DNA from: Octopus bimaculoides
Taxonomy: Eukaryota
NCBI RefSeq assembly: GCF_001194135.2
Contig: NC_069001.1
Span: 62,001 to 126,000, forward strand
Direction: 5' to 3'
DNA length: 64,000 nucleotides
Position numbers and translations under genes: made by a program. Positions 54,695 to 64,000 of the stretch are shown one piece after another (the first letter of the stretch is position 1; every line of letters begins with the position of its first letter). The notes below the pieces were generated by a model. That model saw nothing but the letters and a program-made list of their open reading frames with translations, did not search any database and was not told the origin of the DNA.

Positions 54695-55088
54695 TGTAAT
54701 GTTCTCATTAATTGCAATTGTAGAATTAAAACCTACTGTCCGGTATCTGGCCATTGTTTAACTCGTAATGTAGTCTATAAATGTACAGTAACTACTCCAA
54801 CTAATAATTACATTTATGTTGGTTGCACAATCAACCTTAAACAACGATTATATAACCATTTTTTAAAATTTAGACTTAAACATAAAGCCAATAGCACATC
54901 ATTATCTAATAAAATTTGGGAATTGAAGGAAAATAGTATTGATTTTAATCTTAAATGGGAAATCATCAGGAGAGCACAACCTTATAGAAATAGTAGATAT
55001 GGCTGTGGACTGTGCTCTATGGAAATTTACGAAATTTTTAAACTTAAGGATAACCCTAATCTAATTAACAATAGACCTGACCTTAGGG
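54695..55088 (+). mobile_element. Penelope-like element GIY-YIG endonuclease, open frame truncated by the N-gap
   Basis: Uninterrupted frame CNCRIKTYCPVSGHCLTRNVVYKCTVTTPTNNYIYVGCTINLKQRLYNHFLKFRLKHKANSTSLSNKIWELKENSIDFNLKWEIIRRAQPYRNSRYGCGLCSMEIYEIFKLKDNPNLINNR: Cys linker, VY..YVG, R..H, CxLC..E..N motifs. Confidence 0.85.
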
Positions 55089-58000
55089 NNNNNNNNNNNN
55101 NNNNNNNNNNNNNNNNNNNNNNNNNNNNNNNNNNNNNNNNNNNNNNNNNNNNNNNNNNNNNNNNNNNNNNNNNNNNNNNNNNNNNNNNNNNNNNNNNNNN
55201 NNNNNNNNNNNNNNNNNNNNNNNNNNNNNNNNNNNNNNNNNNNNNNNNNNNNNNNNNNNNNNNNNNNNNNNNNNNNNNNNNNNNNNNNNNNNNNNNNNNN
55301 NNNNNNNNNNNNNNNNNNNNNNNNNNNNNNNNNNNNNNNNNNNNNNNNNNNNNNNNNNNNNNNNNNNNNTTTTTTTTCCTCTTCCCTCTTCCCCCCTTTC
55401 TTTCTGTTTGGATTTTGGCCATTAATATTATAGTTCTACTCATAAATAATACCACCCCACATTAATTTATATCTTATTTTAACTGGATATGTTTATCTTG
55501 TTCTAATTATTATTGTTCCCTATAGTTTTGAAATTAGTGATTCAGTGCTTCATTGTATTATTCTATTTATACTGTAGAATAGATATATTTCTTTAATACC
55601 TTGACCTTAATTCTCTTACCTTAAATTTTTTCCAAATTCTTACCACTCCTTATGGTATTGTCCTTCCATATGAATGTGGGGGAGGGGGTATTCATAAAGT
55701 TTCAAATATTTCAAGAAGAAATGTGTTTGGGGAAACAAAATTTATTATACTTATTAACAAAAAATGAGAAGAAAATAAACAAAAATAAAACAAAACAAAA
55801 AACTTCCCTTCTCAGTGTTTTACTGCCCCGCCCACCCCTTTCGTACTTCATTGATTCTCAAAGAAAAGTAAATGAATTTTCTTACTTTTCTGCTTACATT
55901 ACATTAAATTACATTTCTTTCTATGGGTACATACATATATAAACATACATACATACATAAATATGCATACATATATATATATATATATGCATATTTACAC
56001 AGACACCCACACACACACATATATATATATATATACACACACACACATATATGTTTGTATGCATGTAAGTATGTAATTATGTATATTCATACAAGTACAT
56101 ATATATATATGTGTGCATACATACATATATATATATATGTGCATATGCATACATACTTATAACATATATATGCGTATACACATAAATATTTATACACTAC
56201 CATATGTGTGTGTATGTATATATATCTATGTATATGTAGATATATACACATACATATATACACACACACACACACATATATATATATAAATATTTATATG
56301 TAGTTATTTATAAACACACACACTCACATACATTTGTACATATGTATATAATATGTATATATATGTATATATATATATATTTATACATCATATAATACAC
56401 ATACATCTTGTACAACTTTTATAACGTTATAAATTTTTGGTTGAAATACTGCCTAAACACATGTCCAGAGAAGAATATAAAAAAAAAGAAACAAACGTGT
56501 GCAGCCAGTTAACTATTTCAAACCGACACAGAAAATATGACAGAACGATCAGACTTGTTAGAATAATGTTCCTTCAGCCAGTTCATTGTAACATATGTAT
56601 GTATATAGTATATACATGCATATATATGTGTGTGTGTGTGTATATACATACATATATNNNNNNNNNNNNNNNNNNNNNNNNNNNNNNNNNNNNNNNNNNN
56701 NNNNNNNNNNNNNNNNNNNNNNNNNNNNNNNNNNNNNNNNNNNNNNNNNNNNNNNNNNNNNNNNNNNNNNNNNNNNNNNNNNNNNNNNNNNNNNNNNNNN
56801 NNNNNNNNNNNNNNNNNNNNNNNNNNNNNNNNNNNNNNNNNNNNNNNNNNNNNNNNNNNNNNNNNNNNNNNNNNNNNNNNNNNNNNNNNNNNNNNNNNNN
56901 NNNNNNNNNNNNNNNNNNNNNNNNNNNNNNNNNNNNNNNNNNNNNNNNNNNNNNNNNNNNNNNNNNNNNNNNNNNNNNNNNNNNNNNNNNNNNNNNNNNN
57001 NNNNNNNNNNNNNNNNNNNNNNNNNNNNNNNNNNNNNNNNNNNNNNNNNNNNNNNNNNNNNNNNNNNNNNNNNNNNNNNNNNNNNNNNNNNNNNNNNNNN
57101 NNNNNNNNNNNNNNNNNNNNNNNNNNNNNNNNNNNNNNNNNNNNNNNNNNNNNNNNNNNNNNNNNNNNNNNNNNNNNNNNNNNNNNNNNNNNNNNNNNNN
57201 NNNNNNNNNNNNNNNNNNNNNNNNNNNNNNNNNNNNNNNNNNNNNNNNNNNNNNNNNNNNNNNNNNNNNNNNNNNNNNNNNNNNNNNNNNNNNNNNNNNN
57301 NNNNNNNNNNNNNNNNNNNNNNNNNNNNNNNNNNNNNNNNNNNNNNNNNNNNNNNNNNNNNNNNNNNNNNNNNNNNNNNNNNNNNNNNNNNNNNNNNNNN
57401 NNNNNNNNNNNNNNNNNNNNNNNNNNNNNNNNNNNNNNNNNNNNNNNNNNNNNNNNNNNNNNNNNNNNNNNNNNNNNNNNNNNNNNNNNNNNNNNNNNNN
57501 NNNNNNNNNNNNNNNNNNNNNNNNNAAGTTTGATTTCCTTCTGTATTAGTTTGTTGTTTTTTTTGTTGGTTCTTTATGAATTGCGTCAACATTGAGGAAA
57601 CTGTTTAAGTCTGGGATGATTGTAGAAGGAGGAGAAGGAGGAGGAGAAAGAAGTGAAGGAAGAAAGAAAGGAAGTAAATGAAGGAAGAAGAAGAAGAAGA
57701 AGATTGAGGATTGGGTGGAGGACAAGAAGAAGGAGTAAGTGGAGGAGGAGGAAGAGGAGGATGGATAGATGCAGAAGAAGAAGAAGAAGAAGAAGAAGAA
57801 GAAGAAGAAGAAGAAGAAGAAGAATCAAGAAATTAAATAGAAACAAGTTTGTAAAAGCAAATTCAAGAAGGAATTGTTATTGTGTAACACACACAGACAC
57901 ACAAACTCCTGCATAGACCAACTGGTGGTCCTCTAAGATTTGTGTTATTTCATAAACCTGCAACTTTGTGTATCTTTATAACCTAATAATATACATGATG

Positions 58001-58912
58001 ATGGCATCAGTCACTGTTCATCCGAAACAGATGTAAAGTAAGACTTTTACCTCCATTTTTTAAAATTTATTTGTATTCACAACTTCCCATGTAAAGACAC
58101 ACCTTATTTTTCACCTGTTTATCTGGTTCGTCTACTTTGTAAGTGCTTACCATACATCATACTTATGGTCGACTTCCTATACTGATGCTACCTGTCCTGG
58201 ATAGAAGAGTTGGAAGCTAAAGATCAAGCTTTTCTGGGCACTACTTACTGACTAGACTATGCTTGCTTTACTATTCTCCTTCTGTCTGTATATATATATA
58301 TGTGTGTGTATATATGTATATATATAAAAACACACATGGTGGTTGTGTCTACTTTTTATGCCCTGAGTTGGATCTATAGTTTAAAGTAGATTGCATTTCT
58401 ATAGTTTTCTACCAACAAACCAACACTTGATGTTTTCAGTGTTGTTTATTTCAATGGGAGCTCTGTGTTAGAATTCTTAGCCATTTCTGGCATCCTACAG
58501 GTCAATATGCCTTGATTCTTTTGAATCCATTTAACAAAATGGCCAGGTAGTGTTATCCTATTGATCTCTTATGCCAAAAGCAAAGTTACAGGGATGCAAA
58601 CAAACCAAGACCAGTTGTCAAGTGGTGGTGGAGAATAACGGCACACAAACAACCTCACCCCTATACATATATACATGATGAGCTTCTTTCAGTTTTTAAA
58701 TCCTCTCACCAGGCTTTGATTGGTCCAAGGCTATAGCAAAAGACATTTGCCCAAAATGCCATCTAGTGGGACTGAACCCAGAAGCATAGCGATGGGAAAT
58801 AAACTTCTTACCCCACAGCCATTCCTGCACTCCTGTATACATGTGGGAATGTGTGTGTGTGTGTGTGTGTATTTACATGCACACAAACGTAAGGGAGAAT
58901 TGCCTGACAGAA

Positions 58913-59042
58913 AGAGAGAGACAAGGTGTGAGAGAGAGAGAGAGAAGGTGAGACAGAGAGACAAGGTGAGACACAGAGAGAGAGAGACAAGGTGAGAAAG
59001 AGACAAGGTGAGAGAGAGACAAGGTGAGAGAGAGAGAGAGAG
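58913..59042. repeat. Compound repeat: (GA)n interrupted about six times by (AC)AAGGTG
   Basis: gagagacaaggtga units with variable GA spacers, read directly. Confidence 0.9.
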
Positions 59043-59330
59043 AAGGGGGTGACTGTGAACTCACCTGAACATTCACCTTTCTGATCCAGTTGAATTTGAT
59101 GATATTGGGGGAGGGGGAGGTAGATAAGGGACAATGATGGGGGAAAGGGGGGAGAAGGGGGAATTGCAGAAGAAATAGAAAGTCGGAAGTATATTTTACA
59201 AGGACATCCTCTCTCTTTCTCTCTCTCCTCTCTATATATTCATCAGACTTTTTCTTTCTGGTATATGTTACATATACACATATTTATTAATATATGTATG
59301 TATATACACATACCTCCCAGCTCCTAACAT

Positions 59331-59375
<45 letters not shown>

Positions 59376-60108
59376 TATTCATGCTATCTATCAATATATA
59401 TATGTGTGTGTGTGTGTGTGTATGTATACATATATAGAATTTCGTGCGCACACACACACACACACACGACCTGAGTATATAAAAATGTGAGTGTGTGCAC
59501 AAACTTATATACTGCTATACTGCATACATGAACATATACATATGTATATACCAATTTATACTTACACATGCATACATGTGTGTGTGTGTGTGTATTTATG
59601 TTTGTATGTCCGTATGCATATACATACCAACATACTGATATACATAAACGTGTGTGAGAGCAGAAACACACGCATACCGCTTGCACGTAGATCTGCGCAA
59701 AGAGCCGACAGAACGGATATCTCTGGTGTCAAAAGCAAAGTGTTATCAACGAGAATCCTTTGGACAAATATTATTCTTGAGTTAATCAATTTGGTCATTT
59801 TTGTCAGAAGGATGACTACAATGTTAGTCTGGCCAATTGATGTGGAGTAGAGCTTGTCCCAGGGGACTGGTCAATTTATGAGTTGCTGAGCCTACTGCTT
59901 ATAACAGCAGGTTAGGGATTGTGCTGAGAATGGAGGAAGGAGAAGGAGGCTGGGATGAAAAAGATGGATGGAGTGTAAGGTAGAGGGGAGGGAGGGAAAT
60001 ATTTAAACAATCAGAGAAGGATAAACAGTGATCATGGGAAAGGTAAATGGACAGACAGACAGACAGGCAGAGAGACAAATAGATAAATGGACAGACAGGT
60101 AGATAGAC

Positions 60109-60151
<43 letters not shown>

Positions 60152-60999
60152 CAGAGACATACAGATAGATAGATAAATAGATAGATAGATAGAGGGTGAA
60201 AGAGAGAGAGAAGTGAATAGATAAGTGTAGTTAGAGAGGCAGAGAGATAGAGAGAGAAGTGATAGATGTTAGTTAGATAGATGGATAGACAGTAGGCAAG
60301 ATAAAAAAGAAGTTAATTTTTAAAAATCTATTTCATTCAGTCTTCTCTGTCATCTGGTGTCTGATTCATTGGAATTTTCTGGAAAAAAAAATTGGAAAAA
60401 AAAGCAATTAATAAACTGACAATAATGGAAAGCAATCAGGTGACATACAGACAGACAAACAATCAGCCAATATAATAGGCAGTTAAGTCTACCAAGATTA
60501 AATTCTTTAATTCTGTGTTTTATTTTTTCTGATCAGTTTTTGTCATTGGATTGTGGCCATACTGGGGTATTGTGTTGATGACTGATACAAATTATTATTG
60601 TACATTGATGACCTCATCTCCCTTATTTGTTTGATGGTAAGAAAAGGGGAAGAAAGAAAGAAGATGAAGACATAAGTTTTGAATTCATTCTGTGCTCATG
60701 GTTTTGGCCAGTCACATCACCCCCCCCCTACTACTTATTTTTATCTCTGGCACTTAGGTTAATGATCATTATTTGCTTAATAGCTAAACTGTATTTTTTT
60801 AGGTATAACAATGTTTGATTGTTAAACAACATCAGTTTTTACTCACACACACACACAATGCATACACGTTTATCTAATTCTCTTTTGAAATGGTGAAACT
60901 CAAAGCAGATATTGCTATAAATAATATGTAACTATTGGCGGGGGAAAACTCCTTTGCACAGAAAATGTTGTGCACAAAATGTGTGTGTGCGCGTGTGTT

Positions 61000-61065
<66 letters not shown>

Positions 61066-62034
61066 AGTCTTTCAGTTTCTCTCTACCAAATTCTCTCATG
61101 AGACTTGATCAACCCAGGGCAGTAGCAGAAGACACTTGTCCAAGGTACTGCACAGTGTAACCGTAGAGCCTACGGTCGGGAAGCCTTAATAACACAGCCA
61201 CAGTGGTTAACAAAAGAATGGAAAGATTCTTTTCCTGGCTGTTGAAGGATGAATATACAATGACATAATACAAGATACTCAAATCAACATAATATCTATT
61301 GTCATTAACTTTCACTCAATCAGAAAGCTACAGCCTCAGAAAGGTTCAGTCTGGATGGTTTAACAAACACAAACAGATTATGTATATATATATATATNNN
61401 NNNNNNNNNNNNNNGAGAGAGAGAGAAACTGTTATGTCAGCTCTCTGCATATGTCTATATTTTAGTTGCTGTCTATAGTTTAGTAAGAAAGTGAAATAGA
61501 ATGCTAGTCGGTTTGAATGTGTGTTTGTGTGTTTGAGAGAGAGAGAGAGAAAATTGTCTTTCCAAAGCATTGAAGGCAGGTTTAATGCCCAAGCTACATC
61601 TCTAACAATCTCCAATGAGACGTTCAAATTGAGATGTTTTGCAATGAAACAACACAAATTTCTGGTATGTTGCATATGTCCTTTGGTGTTTAAATACAAA
61701 AGACATGACTAAGTGTTTAATATTTTCTAACAACTTATCACCAGCAACACAAGATGCGATTGGCTGGAATACATGTTGAAAAGTGTGTCTAGCTGCCTGT
61801 ATAGCTAGATTGTGCTGGTAGTTATTTTATTACCAAATATGGATATTGTTGCCAAAATGGTCAGTTGAAGTAAATATTTAAAAATGACAAAAGCAAAGTC
61901 CCATGGCAAGCACCTTTTCTCTGTCCAAAAGCATTACCTTCAGATCGTCTCTACTTATTTTCTGACTTTTCGTTCACCCTTGGTTCATATCCTCACTCAG
62001 TGCACTCGGCTGGCAAATATCATTTGTACCTGTG

Positions 62035-62220
62035 ATACAACGGCGGGGCCAGCCTCGTCACATCCTGTGCCATGCTGAGTCTCCCTCAGAACTACGTTAA
62101 GGGTACGTGTGTTTGTGGAATACTCAGCCACTTCCATGTTAATTTCTCGCGAGCAGGCTGTTCAATTGATTGAATCAACTGCAACACTTGTCATCACAAT
62201 CGATGGAGAGTCAGGCCATT
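62035..62220 (+). mobile_element. SINE 3' portion with cagccactt..cacgttaatttc..gagcaggctgtt core (Nin-domain-like)
   Basis: Sequence recognised from memory as a common cephalopod SINE core; family naming is uncertain. Confidence 0.5.
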
Positions 62221-63340
62221 GTTCCATACATTATGAGTCATATAAAACTTTTGTTTCATGAGTCCAAAGTTACTCTAATGGTTGAAACAAATGGGAATGT
62301 GTGTTGTACATGATGCATGGACATCAGGGAAATGTCTGGTGTGCCACATGTGATACAAAGGATAGACAAAGTGCTAATGAAAGAGAGAGAGAGTGAGAGA
62401 AAGAGAGAACAGTTTCTAACATAATATTCTAGTAATTTGGAAGATTAGAAATGAAGTTCTAGAATAATATTTTGCTGTCTCTAGATTTAACCTTTGTGTT
62501 TAAATTCTGGATACCTTTGCTGTTTCAAACCATTTTAGTCACTTCTTACGATATTCAGGGATTTGGTGCACCAATTCTAAAACTTGAATAAACACAGAAA
62601 ATAATCATAACAACAACAGTAACAACATCAATTAACACTCACCTTTTAATACCCTACTTTTGCTGCTTGAGAATATGTGTCCCCTGGAATTAAACCCTGT
62701 TGTATTTTCTGGTGGCAGGGGTAACTATCACTAACACTAGCAACCGACGAGGCCCAGTCTTTGAGACAGCCGTAACCCACCGTGCTGTGCCGGCCGACAT
62801 ACTGCTGTATCCATGGCGACGTCGAAGCAGACGATTTCACAACAGGAACCGGGATGCTGCTCATGATTGCCTGCTTCTCACAGAGTCTTCACATTTGTTG
62901 GTAAAGAATGATGATAATTGGTGGAGAGAAAGAAGACGACGAATGGAAGAAGACGGGTTTCATAGTTGGTTTTTGTAAAAGAAGAAAAAGAAAAGAAAAT
63001 GAGAGATAAATAAAAGATATATCTTGTGGCTTAAAAAAATTCTAACTATAAATTACAGCATACATACATATCATATATGNNNNNNNNNNNNNNNNNNNNN
63101 NNNNNNNNNNNNNNNNNNNNNNNNNNNNNNNNNNNNNNNNNNNNNNNNNNNNNNNNNNNNNNNNNNNNNNNNNNNNNNNNNNNNNNNNNNNNNNNNNNNN
63201 NNNNNNNNNNNNNNNNNNNNNNNNNNNNNNNNNNNNNNNNNNNNNNNNNNNNNNNNNNNNNNNNNNNNNNNNNNNNNNNNNNNNNNNNNNNNNNNNNNNN
63301 NNNNNNNNNNNNNNNNNNNNNNNNNNNNNNNNNNNNNNNN

Positions 63341-63375
<35 letters not shown>

Positions 63376-64000
63376 CAATGCAACATGAGATGAAGTGTTT
63401 TGCTCAAGAACACAATGCACCAGCCAACCTAGGAAGTGAAACCATGATCTCTTGATTGCGAGTGCCGTACTCTAACCACCGGGCCATGCACCCTCACACA
63501 CACACACGTCATAATCATCAGCACCGTTTACCTTACTAGTTATACGCTAGCATAGGTTGGACAATCTGATGGGCTCAGAGGGTTGCTTCCTGCTCTTCTG
63601 CCTACTGTGGCATGGTTTCCATGGCTGGATGGCCCTTTCTTTCTTCATGCCACCAGCACTAGTGAGGTCACCATGCAGCTTGCAAGGTTACATGTCCTGA
63701 GAGAGGCAGCTTTTGTGTGAACAGACAGACTGTTAAAGCATGTGAGAAAGAGTCAGAAAGAATATGTCAATGTTTATGTCTATATGTGTGTGTGTGTGTG
63801 TATGTACACACACACACACACATATATCTTGATATGTATGTATGTGTGTGTGGAGAGTAGACATCGCCCAGACATACCATAATCTCTTTAGCCAGCTACT
63901 TTGTGCCTCAGACCAGACTGGTGCCACACACTATTTTACTTGGATATGGCCATTAGATTTTATGATACTACAAGATTGTAGTCAGCAAGTATCATCATCA

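Noticed and set aside
57586-57916. Poly-Leu / poly-Arg (protamine-like) ORFs
   Set aside because: Derived from a (GAA)n/(GAG)n tract with no supporting gene structure.
58150-58215. Minus-strand 46-nt segment with strong ccag/gtaagc splice signals
   Set aside because: Stops in all three frames; at most a non-coding exon, with no other support.

Overview
AT-rich eukaryotic scaffold DNA, saturated with microsatellites ((CA)n, (TA)n, (GA)n, (ATAG)n, degenerate (ACC)/(AAT)/(GAT)n) and broken by about 18 N-gaps. The repeat families match what I recognise from Octopus genomes (inference, not a database result). Nearly all ORFs in the supplied track are artefacts of simple repeats or N-runs. Supportable content: many copies of several SINE/RTE-tail families; decayed CR1, RTE and R4/Dong-type LINE fragments; an internally deleted mariner; two Penelope-like GIY-YIG endonuclease fragments (one still open, next to a ~200-bp inverted repeat); probable Helitron and piggyBac-like ends. 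A CpG-rich block at 47.4-48.55 kb looks like the 5' end of a minus-strand transcript (YY1 motif, good splice sites, three predicted hairpins). Several short unique islands have exon-like splice signals on one or both strands, but I cannot name a gene or fix its strand. The best leads are RNA-structure candidates: hairpins at 33.8-33.9 kb and 43.7 kb, the 54.1-54.55 kb inverted repeat, and the 47.75-47.95 kb hairpin cluster. I did not find a clearly novel multi-gene system.
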